From: Podarcis pityusensis
Taxonomy: Eukaryota
DNA: 64,000 bases
Direction: 5' to 3' (one strand)
Assembly: GCA_964106645.2 (NCBI GenBank)
Contig: OZ067039.1
The translations under genes and the position numbers were made by a program. The stretch's first letter is position 1; each line of letters begins with the position of its first letter. The notes under the pieces are model-generated. The model ran no database searches, had not been told where the DNA came from, and worked only from the letters and a program-made list of their open reading frames with translations. Of the stretch, positions 1 through 13,545 are shown one piece after another.

Positions 1-180
1 GCTGCCCCGGAGCTGGTCAACGAAGAAGTGAAGAGGACTGTGGACCTCGGCACTCACCTGGCCAAAGTGACGACCGAGTTGAGCCTGGCCAACCCCGCGG
101 GGGGCTCCGGGTCGGCCGCCTCCTTCCTGCTGGCTCTGGACCCTGGCCTGGAGAGCCACCTGGCCTACCTGGGGGTGCAG
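1..180 (+). CDS. RPN1: Ribophorin I (OST complex subunit), exon 1, 5'-partial (start codon/signal peptide upstream of window)
   Basis: Frame 1 reads [23 protein letters not shown]...HLAYLGVQ, matching the RPN1 N-terminus; ends at donor CAG|gtgagc (phase 0). Confidence 0.96.
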
Positions 181-480
181 GTGAGCGAGCTACTGGCGGG
201 ACGCGCAGCCTCCGCGGCCTTCCGCTTCCGGAGCCCTTCCCGCTGCCGCCGCGCCTCATGTCTCGGAGCCCCGTGAGCCTCGCTCGCCCTCTCCCTCCGG
301 CCTCTCGCAGAGACGGCGCCCTCGGCCAGCCCTGGCGCCTCCCCGCTCGCGCTTCTCCTTTTCCTTCTGCGCGCGGGGCAAGTGTTTCTAGGAGTTGTGC
401 TTCTGCCTTTCTTTCGCCTTCCCTCGCCGCGCCCAGGCTTCGAAAATCATCTTCCCCCCTCCAACCCACTTTGCCTTCGC
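1..480. promoter_or_regulatory. CpG island over RPN1 exon 1 and start of intron 1
   Basis: Very GC- and CpG-rich relative to the CpG-depleted rest of the window; typical of a housekeeping gene 5' end. Confidence 0.85.
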
Positions 481-1490
481 CTCTTGGTTTTTCCTGGGCA
501 TCTGCCTCCATTCCCTGCAGCTTTTCATTCCCTAATAAGTTCGCTTATTGGCATTTGAGCGGATATCATTTCCAAAGCATCCCCTCCCCTCGCCTCAACA
601 ACGCTATGGCATTGCATTTCAGGGGTTTGTCTTTCTTAACTGTACTGACTGTGGTGTGTTTGGCTCCTTTCCCCGTATAGTTAGCAGGGATGGAGGCTAA
701 ACTGCAAATTTGGGGTGGCTATCTCCTTCTTCCCGTAGAGGAGGCCGTGCTGCAGAGATATATGGGCCACGAAGAAAACCCTACCAATTTTTTGTCCACC
801 CGAAATAAAAGTCTGGGATCTTCTGGGCAGCACACATAGTGGATTGTGATCTGGGAATTCAGTGTTAGTAGAATATGTGATCCACATTGGCGTGGGGGTG
901 GAAAGAGAGGTCTTTTCTAAAGTTACACGTAAGCTGCCCTTTGGGGGTTTGCCAGCTTTTTGACCCAGATAATGTCATGGAAAGGGTTGTCACTTTGCAG
1001 CAGTGCTCACCACGTATTTGTTTTATTTCTCCTCTTCCTGACTGCTGACTCCCTTCAGAGCTGCCGCTGTAGTAAATGGCCTGGCATATACTGACACGTA
1101 AGCGCAAGTGCTGCAATTGGAGAGCAACCAGTGGCAACCTAGAGGGAAGGAGGCGTGGATCTCAAGGCATGTCTATAAAACCGCATAACGCATGCGTTTG
1201 CAGGGCCTGTGGCTAGCTGAACAGCAGAGTGCTGGCATCAGAACATTTTAAGTGGCTTATTATTATTCATTGCTGCCTGTGTTTCCTGCCTGCCTGCAAT
1301 AATTGGAGGTGTTCGTAAATGTGAGCTTAGGAGAAAGCCTTTCTAGAAGGTGTGTTTTAGCTGCTTCTATCTGTGTGGCAATGTGTTAATGAAAACGGTT
1401 AGTTGAAGCTCTGTCCTGAACCATGAATGGCTGCAGATATCATAGTGGAGTGCGCTCTGTTACTAGAAAGTGAGCAGTCACAGCTATTTG

Positions 1491-1671
1491 GGAAGGACTG
1501 TAGCTTGGTGGTAGAGCATCTGATTTGAATATAGAAAGTCCTATGTTCAATCCCTAGTATTCCTAGAGAGGACCAGGAGAAAGCCCAGTCTGAAATCCCG
1601 GATAGTGGCTTCCAGTCAGTGAGCTGGATGGACCAGTGGCCTGACTTGATAAAAGGTAGCTTCCTATGTTC
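1491..1671 (+). mobile_element. Old tRNA-derived squamate SINE (related copies ~25705-25890 -, 30440-30575 -, 33735-33880 -, 34636-34965 +, 38370-38530 -, 61830-62755 -)
   Basis: A-box/B-box-like head (tagcttggtggtagagcat...gttcaatccc) and tail ...aaggtagcttcctatgttc, recurring across the window. Confidence 0.7.
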
Positions 1672-3380
1672 CCATTTGCTGCAGAGTATTCATTCCGCAA
1701 GGCAACTTGATTTTAAGGAATGTAATAGCAGCTAGAAAGCTGAGCTAAGCTTATTTTGTCTTTGGAAGAAAGGGTTGTAAGTAAGTACAATAAAGTGAAG
1801 GCAGTAAGGGTAGTGGACTGAGTCTTTGGCACTGTATCTGATGGCCAAAAGTGAGCTCATTGGAACTTAGACCCTGCTCCCTATGCAATCACAGTTTCTA
1901 TAGGGGTCTTCCCCAACCTGGTGCCCTTCAGCTGGTTCCCAGTCAACCTGGGTGGTGGTGTCAAAAACAATGGGAGGACACCAGGTTAGGCAAAGCTACC
2001 CCCAAGTATGATTTCTCATGTTATTTACAGTCCCATTCTAAATAATGGAACTTGCTTCCTTGTAACTATATGCATAGGATAACTGCCGTTGTCTTCTATT
2101 TCATCATTTTGCAAAATGGGAATACTTGCTGGCCTATTGGATAGTGGATAATGCTGAATATGGATAGGCATTGCTCTCTCATACATGAATTTCTTTATAG
2201 TCCTTGGACAATCAGATACTGGTTGCTGTATCTGGTAGTTTTGATCCATCTTAGAGTTACCGTGAGAGGCCTGTGAAGCCCTTTGTGGATTAAAAATGGA
2301 ACTAAATTATTTTTGACCTGGGGGTAGGTGTACATATATATTTGGGTCTGAAAATATGAATTATCAGTAAAATAATTCTACATCCTAGCCATGCCTTTAC
2401 TTTCTAGTGAACCCCTTCCCAAGGACCTGAAAGAATCACATGTATCTTTTTTAATTTTGGCCAGTTTACTCTCAAATTAAGAAGAAAAGTGCTGTCAGGT
2501 GCATTGTCTGTCCTTGTAACATTGGGGAGGCTGTTGGAGAAAGTAAAATCAGGACTGTTTTCAACAAATCATGTCATCCAACACTTGTCTGTCTAGTTGT
2601 GGCTATTCAGTGAGTTCTCACAAAAGACTTCTGGTAGAAGAACAGTAAGTCTTTGATCAGAACTTGCATCCCATAAATCACTATTGTATGTCTCTTGTTC
2701 TGAAGCTAACACAGTAACAGGGTTCCAGAACTTGCCTACCTGCTTGCCAGCAGTGTGTGTACTCCCTGTCCAGTAAGCAGAAGAAAAATGTGCGTTATCT
2801 TTGTAGTGTTGGCTTCTGCAGAAAGCACCAGTAGTGCCTCACTGTTGCTTTAGAATTACAGAAGCCAAATTCAGAGGGAAAGGATTTGCCTCTTCAAAAT
2901 CACCACAGAGAAAAGGGAGGAATGCTTTCTCATAGTTTGAAATTTGCAGGAGACAGCAGCACATTGTTGCTTGCTCCTTCTGCAGGATCCCTTCAGAAAG
3001 GCAAACACCCCTCCATTCTCCAGGTTCTTCAAAATGCCGCAGGACTCCAGGAAGGAAGGGGTGAATGACAGCTGCAGACAATGGGCTTGGCTAGTAATCC
3101 AAGCCAGCATTTACGTGTTCTTGTATAAGAGTCTCAAGGGTTTAACAGACCTCTGTGTATGTTGCTTTTAGATAATGCTGCAGGGTTTGTGGAGTTAGCC
3201 AACAACTTGTTCATGATTGGATGGCTAATTATTGGTGTGTGTGTGTCAAATTGAAGTGTGTCTTTGCTGACTTGCAGACCCCTGGGAGTAGGAATTAGCA
3301 CTTGTGATGAATTCAGCTGTCTCAGATGGAAACTGTAAATGGTAACAATGACCAAACTTGAATTTAATCTTTTGTTATAG

Positions 3381-3445
3381 GTGAAAGGCGAGGAAGAAGA
3401 AGAGAGTACTCTTGAGTTGAAGGAGACAAAGGTAAAAGGTAAAAG
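3381..3445 (+). CDS. RPN1: RPN1 exon 2
   Basis: ttgttatag|GTGAAAGGC...AAAAG|gtgagt; VKGEEEEESTLELKETKVKGK(S); 65 nt, phase 0->2. Confidence 0.95.
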
Positions 3446-4529
3446 GTGAGTTTTGCCAAGGGAAACTATATCATATCCAGGTTTGCCACAAAATATACAC
3501 TGAAGAATTTGCGCCCAGTCTGTATGACGCATATACTTAGCACATTCAGACTTTATATTTTTGTAATTTCCAAAGTGTTTCTTAAAAAATAAATATTGTA
3601 CTAGGTCAGAGACGTTTGCTTGTAGCCCTGCAGAATCATAGAAAATCTAAGACTTCAGATACTATTTTAATAGTGGCTTTCTTTTTGATTATTGGATTAA
3701 AAAATTAAGAAAAACAAATCTAATCTGACAATTCTGATGACATGCAGTTATCACTTGAAATTGGGAGGCATAGTAATTCACAGAGTTGCATTATAATCTG
3801 CTTGCTTCTTAGAAGCCTAAACCTGTCTATTGGAAACAAAAATTATCATTATCATTATTTACCTGCCCGCAGAATGGGTTACAACATTACAACACCATAC
3901 TAGTAAAACAACTTACAATTACAGAAATAAGGTGGGTTCTATCAATGTACACCTCAAGTGTCAAAAGCCAGGGCAAAGAGGTGTGTCTTCAGCGTTCACC
4001 ATAATGAAAGTGCCAGATGCACCTCTGTGGGGAGGGAGTTCAGAACTTAGGGGCGGCCACAGAAAATACCCTCTCCTAGGCCACCACCACGTAAGCTTTT
4101 GAATGCAGAGGAACAACCAAGTGTGCCCGCTCTGGCAATCTTAGCACCGAAGAGAGTGGGGTGGGAAATATAGTCTCCATGTATTGAAGAGCTGTTACAG
4201 AGTTGTGAAAAGAATGCTGTTGAAAGAAAGAAAGGATGTCTTTGAATATGTTGCAAAGGAATGTGCTGGCCTTGATAGATGAGCTTTTTAGCCTTGTACT
4301 GTCTCTCCTGATAAGACTTCAGTTGCTTAGTTACCTGATAAGACCCATGCTATGTACGGTACTTGGGTATTGTGCATGTGTTAGGAGCTTAGAAACCTTA
4401 TAAAAAACTCAGGTATTCCTAGGGATGCTGGAATTCACCCTGGTGACTTCCCCCAAATGTTACATTTGACCAAATAAAGCTGCCTTAAACTTTCCTTGAT
4501 GTACTGCTTGAAGAAATCCACAACAAGGG

Positions 4530-5040
4530 TCTGTAAGGAAGGAGGTGGCCTTTTAGGTATTTGGGGCCTGAGTCGTTTAGGGCTTTGAACATTAATGTGA
4601 GTGGCTTGAACTGGGCCCAGAAATGAACTGGCAACCAGTGCAGCTGTTTTAGCACAGGAGGTTATGTGAGATCTGAACTAAACTGCAACCAGTAATCTAG
4701 CTGCTGCATTTTGGACCAATCAAAGTTTCCAAGTCATCTTCAAGGGCAGCCCTGTATAGAGTGCATTGCTGTAATCCAGTCTGGAAGTTACCAGATCAAG
4801 GAGTGGCCAAGTGATCTGTATCCAAAATGGGCTGTAGCTGGCGAACCGGCTGGAACTGAAAAAAGGCATTCCTAGCCACCTGATCCTCCAGTGATGCTTT
4901 AAATCCAGGAAAACACCTTCCCCAGCTACAAACCTGCTCCTTTCATGGGAGTGCAAGGCAGACTGCCTCCCCACCTCCCAGGTGTGACAATGGGGCACAC
5001 AACACCTCTGTCTTTTCAGGATTCAGCTTCAGTTTTATTA
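4530..5040 (-). mobile_element. L2-type LINE RT C-terminal fragment, degenerate
   Basis: Minus strand reads LVTSRLDYSNALYTGLPLKMTWKL*LVQNAAARLL...PVLKQLHWLPV...FKALN, typical of the L2 ORF2 end. Confidence 0.85.
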
Positions 5041-5587
5041 GCTCGCATCCAACCTATCTGTTGTCAGTCGTTACTGACCAGTCTTTAAAAGCTATTGCAA
5101 TATATCTTTTGACATTTAAATCAAACTGTTAGCTGTTATAACATTAGTCAATTGAGATCAGGGTTCTCTGAAATAACAAACGTTCCCAAGAGTCCATGTT
5201 CTGATTGCTGACAGCAGTGGGCCACATTACTGCCATTTTGATTAAACCCAGGCTAGTATAACTGAGCTAGGAATACAAAGATGGTTTTGGTATCCACAGC
5301 ATTACATTTATTATTACATTTATATTTCATCTTTTATCCTCACAACAACCTTGTGAAATAGATTAGGTTGAGAAACTCTCACTAGTCCAAGATCATCCAG
5401 TGAGTGGGGATTTGAACTTTAGTCTACACTCAAACCACTACGTGGCCCAAAACTGCAGCAGACAAATGAAGGTGGAGATGATATATTCTTCAGTGAGAAT
5501 CTTTGTTGAGCTTCTTTCCATGCTTATGGGTGTCTGTAAAGCCAGCAGAGCCAGATTGATTTTTCTATCTTTTTTTCTCCTTTACAG

Positions 5588-5894
5588 TGGCAGATTCTTC
5601 ACTGTAAAACTGCCATCTCCTTTGGCTCCAGGTGGAAAGATTCGCTTATCTGTTGAAACGGTTTTTACACATGTCCTGCAGCCGTACCCAACTCATATCA
5701 CCCAAGCAGAGAAACAGTTTGTGGTTTTTGAGGGCAATCATTATTTTTACTCTCCGTATCCAACCAAGACCCAAACTACTCGGATTAAGCTGGCCTCAAG
5801 GAACGTGGAAAGCTACACCAAACTAGGCAATCCTAGTCGGTCAGAGGACATGATTGAATATGGACCCTTCAGGGATGTTCCACCATACAGTGAG
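5588..5894 (+). CDS. RPN1: RPN1 exon 3
   Basis: tttacag|T GGC AGA...GAG|gtaaac; GRFFTVKLP...[11 protein letters not shown]; 307 nt. Confidence 0.97.
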
Positions 5895-6456
5895 GTAAAC
5901 TCTTAATCCCAGTTAACATTCCTAGGGGAGAAGCTGTTTAAAAGGAATTTGTCACTCATGTAGAATTAAAATACATGCATGCCATTCTGCTGTGTCAAAT
6001 GATTAATATAAATCCAAAAACCAGGAATGTAAGGGGCTTAAAAGGAACTAAAGTAAACTAAATCTGCCTTGTATGTAACAACTCCACCTGTTCATCATGG
6101 GTGGACAAAAAATACCACACAGGTGAGTACATGAGGTTATATGCAGGCCAGTGAGTGGACTAGCGAAGAAGAGAGAGATTGCTGTGTTCCTTTGCCTGCC
6201 AGCCTTTGGCACAAGACAGTTTTTTTGCAGGCCTGCCAAGAGGCATCTTCTCCTCCCTGGCCAGCACAGAAACATGCTAGTATTTACAAGATTCAGCCAA
6301 AGGGCACCAAGCCTTTAATTTTTGAAAACAGACAAGGCACTTTTTGTGTGTGCGCTATTACAGATTTCTAATGGGCTCAGAAAAAGTAATGCAGCCACTG
6401 TCTATGGACATTGCTCACATTATTCCACATGTGGTTTCTCAGCATAGACACCTTCC

Positions 6457-6606
6457 GACTGGGATAGCTCAGTCAGTAGAGCATGAGACTCTTAATCTCA
6501 GGGTCATGGGTTCAAGCCCCATGATGGGCAAAATATTCTGGCATTGCAGAGGGTTGGATGAGATGACCCTCATGGTCCCTTTCATCACTCCAGTTCCATG
6601 ATTCTA
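6457..6606 (+). mobile_element. SINE with tRNA-Lys(CTT)-derived head and CR1-like tail
   Basis: TAGCTCAGTCAGTAGAGCATGAGACTCTTAATCTCAGGGTCATGGGTTCAAGCCCC with CpG decay, then gggttgga..gatgaccctc..ggtccctt...atgattcta. Confidence 0.8.
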
Positions 6607-6914
6607 AGTGGATATTGGGGGTAGGCAAGGAAATACTGTTTCCTTAATGCACTGTTTATGAGCTTCTCAGAAGCTTACTTGTGTCGGAGGCTGAATGCTG
6701 GCCAAGATGGATCCTTGCTAGATCTAGCCAACATTTCTTAATGAGTATTGTGCAATATTTCAATCAATACATAGATTGTGTAATACATCAACAAAATTAT
6801 TGAGAGTCTGATTTGCAAGTAGGTCTTCTTAATAGGCGTTGCTGTAAATGACGTGGCTTTTTCTACAACACACTCGAGCACAGAAAGTCTTCAGTTTCTA
6901 CTTTTTCTCCTTAG

Positions 6915-7124
6915 GATAACCTTAAAGTGCACTATGAAAACAACAGTCCATTCCTGACGATCACTACCATGACACGTGTCATTGAAGTTTCTCACTGGGG
7001 CAATATTGCTGTAGAAGAGACGGTTGACTTGAAGCACACAGGAGCTGTGCTCAAAGGGCCTTTCTCCAGATATGACTACCAAAGACAGCCGGACAGTGGA
7101 ATATCCTCTGTGAAGTCTTTCAAG
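6915..7124 (+). CDS. RPN1: RPN1 exon 4
   Basis: ccttag|GAT...AAG|gtctgc; [15 protein letters not shown]...SSVKSFK; 210 nt. Confidence 0.97.
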
Positions 7125-7632
7125 GTCTGCCCTTGCATATTTCTCTTTGTCTTAAAAGGAGCCTCGGAGGGGGTGTATAAGTAAACAGTTCCTCTTCCCC
7201 TTGCCAGAAGGACCAGGCTTTGGGGGTAGGGAAGGGGACAGCAAGGAAGCATTGCTACTGATCTGCTTTTGAGGAGATGGTGCCTTACTGGAAACTTTCT
7301 TTCTGTCCCTTTTTTATGTTGCTTCTTGTTTCTGATATGGAAGTACAGGCTTAGGGCGCAATCCTAGCCCTACTTGTCTGAGAACAAGCCCCACTGAAAT
7401 CAGTAAGACTTAGGTCTGTTTAAATATGGTTAGGATTGCAGCCTTAGGTCGCTTGCCTTCCCCACCATTCTTCTGTTTTGGAACAAAGCTAAAGGAGGCA
7501 GTGGGTGAGAAGATTCCCATACTAACTTTTGGAAGAATTGCTCAGACGGCAATTTAAAACTAAAAGGTGTTAAATATTAAAATAATTACAGTGATTGCCT
7601 TAGGAAACGCAGTAATAAAAAAAAGGTACATA

Positions 7633-7864
7633 TAGTGGTATCTCGGGTTACAAACTTAATCCGTTCTGGAGGTCTGTTCTTTGACCAAAGCATTCTTAAC
7701 CCGAGCTGCGTGCTTCCCCTAATGAGGCCTCCCACCCCCAGTGTTCGTCTTCCATTCATCTTCCGGGGCAAAGTGTGCTAACTGGAATACCTATGTCCGG
7801 TTTTGCAGAGTCCGTTGTTCAAAGTGTTCGTTAACAGGACTGTTCGTTGACCAAGGTAGCATTG
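7633..7864. mobile_element. Tc1/mariner-type MITE, degenerate
   Basis: Imperfect TIRs (c/t)agtggtatctcggg ... ccaaggtagcattg flanked by TA. Confidence 0.6.
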
Positions 7865-8152
7865 TATTGTACTCTTTAGAAATGTAGGCACTACATTTAG
7901 AACCTGAGGACTTTGAAGGAAAGATCAGGCAAGCATTGGTTGGCAATACTTTAGGGCAGAGGGTTGGACTGTATGACCAGAATCTCTTCCAATGTGATTT
8001 TTAAAATTCAGTCTGCTGTATATGATTTGCTTATACTGTGGTTGCAACTGCTGTGAGCATGGAGATAACTGTTTGCTTTTAGTGAAAATGCACTCTTAAA
8101 AACAGTGACTAACAAGTGCCCCAGTTATCGGTACTGGTGAATTTGACATTAA

Positions 8153-8407
<255 letters not shown>

Positions 8408-8606
8408 TGAGCAACTGGAATACAAAGCTATTCACTGTCTGCAGTTCTATGCAGAATGGCATATTTGGAATTCCAAAGATTCTTAGTTTTATTATTTGTG
8501 CATGTGTGCTCAGAAACCAGGTGCTGTACTGTTAAAGTGCATCTCAGTACTTGATTATATGAATTTAAATGATCCAGGCATCTCCTGAAAAATGCCATGC
8601 ATGGTT

Positions 8607-8862
8607 AGAAGAAGAAGAAGAAGAAGAGTTTGGATTTGATATCCCGCCTTTCACTCCCTTTAAGGAGTCTCAAAGCGGCTAACATTCTCCTTTCCCTTCC
8701 TCCCCCACAACAAACACTCTGTGAGGTGAGCGGGGCTGAGAGACTTCAGAGAAGTGTGACTGGCCCAAGGTCACCCAGCAGCTGCATGTGGAGGAGCGGA
8801 GACGCGAACCCGGTTCCCCAGATTACGTGACTACCGCTCTTAACCACTACACCATACTGGCT
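8607..8862 (-). mobile_element. tRNA-derived SINE with (TTC)n tail
   Basis: Minus strand head tggtgtagtggttaagagcggt...gggttcgcgtctcc, CORE-like ctgggtgaccttgggccagtcac, (GAA)n on + strand; many CpGs retained, so probably young. Confidence 0.8.
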
Positions 8863-9216
8863 CCTTCAGGTTTGCTCTCAGGCACACCTCCCCCCACTTC
8901 CTACTCTCCTGACACCATTCTGTTCCTTTCCCAAAACATACAAAATGATATACAGTGTGGTCAATGGGGGATATCCAGCTAAGCTGTACTAAGCTTTGTG
9001 CTCTGCACAGCTTATGCTGGGTGCACAATTCAGTGTGTTATCACAGTAATAGTGTGGATATTGCCTAACCTTACTGCAAGTAAGCAACCTGCAGCTAAAA
9101 CAAGTTGTTGTGGAGCTTAATTGGGGGGGGGGGGTTAAGCTCACCTTTAAACTTGTGACTGTTTTACCCAACAGGGCTTTCATAGCTGGTATCCTGATGC
9201 ATAGAAAAAATCATAG

Positions 9217-9342
<126 letters not shown>

Positions 9343-9791
9343 TAAGTAATAATATGGTTGAGATCAAGGCACTTAGGTGTCAGCCATAAAACATAAGGCC
9401 TGCTTTGTGTATTATTCCCCTTATGGTGAAGCAAGAATGGGCAGCATTTATGTCCCTGTCGCAATTCCACATACCCCTGCCCTGTATTATGACAGTGTGT
9501 GGAGCATGGTTGTCTGCAAAGGAACTCTTATGTTTGAGCAGCTGCTTGTGCACGGGGACACCACTCAATCAGGATACCAACACCGCCAGGCATCCCAATT
9601 ACATGCAGCCTCTGTGTGTGAGCGGCAGCTCATGTGTACACCTTTACTTGCAAAGGACCATGCCCAAGCCATGGACATCTGAGGGCGGGGACTAATCCAG
9701 GGCTAATTTCTCTCCCCCCCCAACCCCCCAACAACAACCAGGTTAGGTTTTTCCTGGGACAGCTAACAGTATTGCATACACCTGTTTGCAG

Positions 9792-9930
9792 GAATATCCA
9801 TGTGGATAGTCCATATGACATCAGCCGGGCACCTGATGAACTTCACTACACCTATTTGGACACCTTTGGCCGTCCAGTCATAGTTGCGCACAAGAACAAC
9901 CTAGTTGAGCAGCACATCCAGGATATTGTG
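9792..9930 (+). CDS. RPN1: RPN1 exon 7
   Basis: tttgcag|G AAT...GTG|gtaagc; [29 protein letters not shown]...QDIV. Confidence 0.97.
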
Positions 9931-10208
9931 GTAAGCATAAGCCCTTTGCTTAGATAGCTTAAATAATGAGAAGTACCACACTCATCTTTGCAGCCCAGAT
10001 TGCTCTACAGCAAGTGACATGGCTGCATAAGCAACAGACCACGTTCATAGATCAGTGAAAAGGTGGAGCTTCACTCTTGAGTTCTGATCTGCATCTTAAA
10101 TGTGCAAGTATCTCATTGTTCTTACGTATAGGAATGTAAGGTGGGTAGCATGTCATCTTGACTAATGGAAGTTTATGCTCTTCTCACTGCTTGCCCTGCT
10201 CTTCCTAG

Positions 10209-10337
<129 letters not shown>

Positions 10338-10960
10338 TAGAGGCACGATGAAACAGGGAGGATGTGGCAGGAATACATTACTTGAAATACATTAATTCTT
10401 TGAGTCAATAAATGAGCATGTTGTGTTAGGGCTTACCTTTTTCAAAGCACTGCTAAGATCCAAACTGGCCAAAATTCTTCATCTATTAATTTTCACGGAA
10501 TGAAGTAGATTTTTAAAATGGCGTTTTGGTCCATGTTTTAATTAATTTTGATTCAGTCACGATGGCTTGCACAGTGGATAACATTGTTTTCTTATCGCAT
10601 ACAAGTCTATGCTATGAAGCAAATGGAACTCCTCAGTGTTTCTTGTTTTTGCACTTTGCTGCAAACAATTATTTTGGTAAAGTCTGTCTGATGAATTTAG
10701 CCAGTGTAGTGAATAAGCGACAGAATTGTGAACTAGGAACGCCTTTGGTTTAGATCTTGTCTTCTCCCTTTCAACTCTCTAGATAGACTTTAGGTATGCC
10801 AGTCTCTCTGCCTCAGTCTTTTATTTCCAAGGTGGAGGTTATGCTGACAGATCTTATAGGGTTGTTGTAAGGACTACTGAGAGAGCACACAAAACACTTT
10901 CTGGACACTTAGAATGCACCGTATACTGTAACAAGTATTTAAGCCATTGTGCTTTTGCAG

Positions 10961-11206
10961 GACCCAGCAGCAGAAGCTAGGATGAAAGTTGCCTGCATCA
11001 CAGAGCAAGTTCTCACCCTGGTGAATAAGAGACTACGTCTGTACCGCCATTTTGATGAAGCTGTGAATAAATATAAGCAGTCACGGGATATTTCAAACCT
11101 AAACAGTGGCAAAAAATCACTGGAGACTGAACATAAGGCCTTAACCAACGAAATAGCTTCATTGCAGTCCAAGCTGAAGACAGAAGGCTCTGACTTGTGT
11201 GACAAA
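10961..11206 (+). CDS. RPN1: RPN1 exon 9
   Basis: ttttgcag|GAC...AAA|gtaaga; [17 protein letters not shown]...TEGSDLCDK. Confidence 0.97.
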
Positions 11207-12334
11207 GTAAGAATCCGTTGTCCTCCTTAGTGTGTATTGTTACTGTACTGCCTTTATTCTAAACTGCCTTTTCTCTTGTCATTCCCAAGGCAGATATTTT
11301 CCGCACACTAAATAAATTCTTTTTTGTTGCCTTCGTTCTGTGTTTACAGTGTATCATGATGATTCCAGAATAATACTGCTAAAGTTGAGATTTCTAGGTT
11401 CCTTGATAGTTTTATTTCCAAGCATTCCTCCATAAGGCTGGAGAGCCTTGGGGGAATTTCCCCGTTTTCATTCTGCCATGGCTTTAAATATTGCGCTACC
11501 TGTATAAAATATCTAAACCAGGACTGTCGACTATCCCCGCTTGATGAGATGCATTGGCCAGGGTCCTCCACCACATTCAGCCAAGCCCTTCTCTCAGTGA
11601 GTAGGCCCTGAAGGTAGCAAGTTTGCTCCAAATGTTTTAACGTTGTGTGGGGAATACATCAAGCCCCTCTGGGTGCATTAAGCCTTCTGGCTACCACTTA
11701 CCTAACATGCCTACTGCTTTGAAATGGAATGTTTTTTGAAAGCTGCTGCTCAACATTGGTGAGCGAAGCCTAAGGCATCCTGACCTCCCGATTTTAAGTT
11801 GTATTAATCCTTAGGCACAAATGTGGTCCACGTGTCATTCTCTTAGCAGACTGCTTCTACTCTGCTTTGAGTGAAACTTTCACCCACAATAGGAGATGCA
11901 TTCAGTGGATCTCCCTGGAACTGTTGGTGAATATATCTGTCTTGAAGATGGTCACTTTTGCCAGGATGTCAATGCATAATTTGCAACGGAAGGGCTGTTA
12001 ATGCATTCTGTTCATTAATACTCAGCTGCAGTTAGCTGAAAGCTCCCTTGGTAACTGGGAGGAGGGCTGAGTGGAGGGACTGTGCACACACACTGTAGCT
12101 GTTATCTCTACATATTCCACTGCTGATGTTTTGCTATAAAATGGAAGGAAGGTTAGAAGGCATTTCATTTCTCAAAAACAAAGTATGAATGAAATGTAGC
12201 ATAATCAAGTGCTCTTACTATCATGGAACCAGCACTGACATGTTTGTTGCAGTAAGTGTCCATATTCAGAACCATTAAATGTAAAGTTTAAATGGGTGTA
12301 GCTTCTAACATATCATTGTATAGTTTGCCATATA

Positions 12335-12532
12335 CAGTCGTACCTTCGTTTTCGAACAGCTTAGTTCTCGAGCCCTGCAAAAACCTGGAAGTGACCATTC
12401 CTGTTTGCAAACTATTTTTGGAAGCCAAACATCTGACGGGGTTTCTGCGGCTTCCACGCATTGGTTTTCAAATGTTTTGAAAGTCAAATGGACTTCCAGA
12501 ATGGATTCTGTTCAACTTCAAAAGTACGACTG
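12335..12532. mobile_element. Tc1/mariner-type MITE
   Basis: TA|CAGTCGTAC...GTACGACTG|TA. Confidence 0.8.
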
Positions 12533-12671
12533 TAATTGTTTGCTTAGACCCTGTAAATCTACTACTTCTAGGGTGACCGTAAAAATAAAATGAAAGCACC
12601 CTATTACTGTTGCTTTGTATGGCTATGGTGTTGTCCAGTCACCTAACGTTTTGTCCCAAATTTCTTCCAAG

Positions 12672-12854
12672 GTTAGCGAAATTCAGAAACTGGACAGCCA
12701 AGTAAAGGAGCTGGTCCTGAAATCTTCTGTGGAGGCTGAGCGGCTGGTTGTCGGCAAGCTTAAGAAGGATACATACATCGAGAATGAGAAGATGCATTCT
12801 AACAAGCGTCAGGAGCTGATCACCAAAATCGACAACATCCTTGATGCGCTATAA
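12672..12854 (+). CDS. RPN1: RPN1 exon 10 (last coding exon)
   Basis: ttccaag|GTT...; [18 protein letters not shown]...KIDNILDAL*; TAA at 12852-12854. Confidence 0.97.
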   Translation, partial: VSEIQKLDSQVKELVLKSSVEAERLVVGKLKKDTYIENEKMHSNKRQELITKIDNILDAL

Positions 12855-13222
12855 GTTAGAAGTAAAAAGTTTGGGAAAGAGCTAAAAGGGGTGGAAGAAG
12901 GTTCAATGAGCATACTGAGCCACACCAAGTTGGGGAATGGGGGGGGGGGGAGAGGTGTGTCTAGCCTACAAAACTGCGGCAAGGAAAAAGTTTTTGGAAA
13001 TCACCTCCAAAATGTGGTATTAGTCACTTTTAGGACCTGTTTGCTCTGTGATACACCTGCTATACAGAAGAGGTGTATTTATACCATGCCTTGGACTTAA
13101 ATGAAACCATAGTCCTCAAAGTGTTACTAGCACGACTTCAAAGTCTGCTGAGAGGCCCCCTAATTTTCAGTAGGGAAGCATGCACACAGGTCCTGTACTG
13201 GCACTGAATGTCTCAGTCAGAG

Positions 13223-13228
13223 AATAAA
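13223..13228 (+). terminator. Candidate proximal RPN1 polyadenylation signal AATAAA
   Basis: AATAAA ~370 nt after the stop codon, followed by T/GT-rich sequence. Confidence 0.5.
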
Positions 13229-13539
13229 TACAACTGTTTTATTCAAAGGTTTGGTAGCAAATCTTTCCTTCTGTCCTCCACCTTTGAATTTATACTTTTT
13301 TATATTTTGGAGATGGGGATACAGATAAGTAACTTGAACAAAGGATTTTTTTTTAAACTATTTGTCGCACTAAATGAGATTCTTGTCCCTGAACTTTCTG
13401 AGCCTCTTTTGAAATTCAGTGTTGGGGTAGAGTCCAGGGAAAGAGAAGGGAGCGGGTGAGGTTCATTTGCTTAGAAGCCTGTGCTTTTCCTCAGACGGTT
13501 TGTTTCTTTAAAAAAAAATTGTAGGGAAGATCAAACTGA

Positions 13540-13545
13540 AATAAA
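13540..13545 (+). terminator. Candidate distal RPN1 polyadenylation signal AATAAA
   Basis: AATAAA followed by U-rich and GU-rich downstream elements (tctattttcttctt...gtgtcctgtg). Confidence 0.6.

Noticed and set aside
17-680. Long ORFs 17-511(-) and 258-680(+)
   Set aside because: Stop-poor by-products of the CpG island; the real coding frame ends at donor 181.
6457-6530. tRNA-Lys(CTT) gene
   Set aside because: Acceptor stem broken, CpG-decayed B-box (GTTCAAG), no poly-T terminator, and followed by a SINE tail; a second copy is at 22532.
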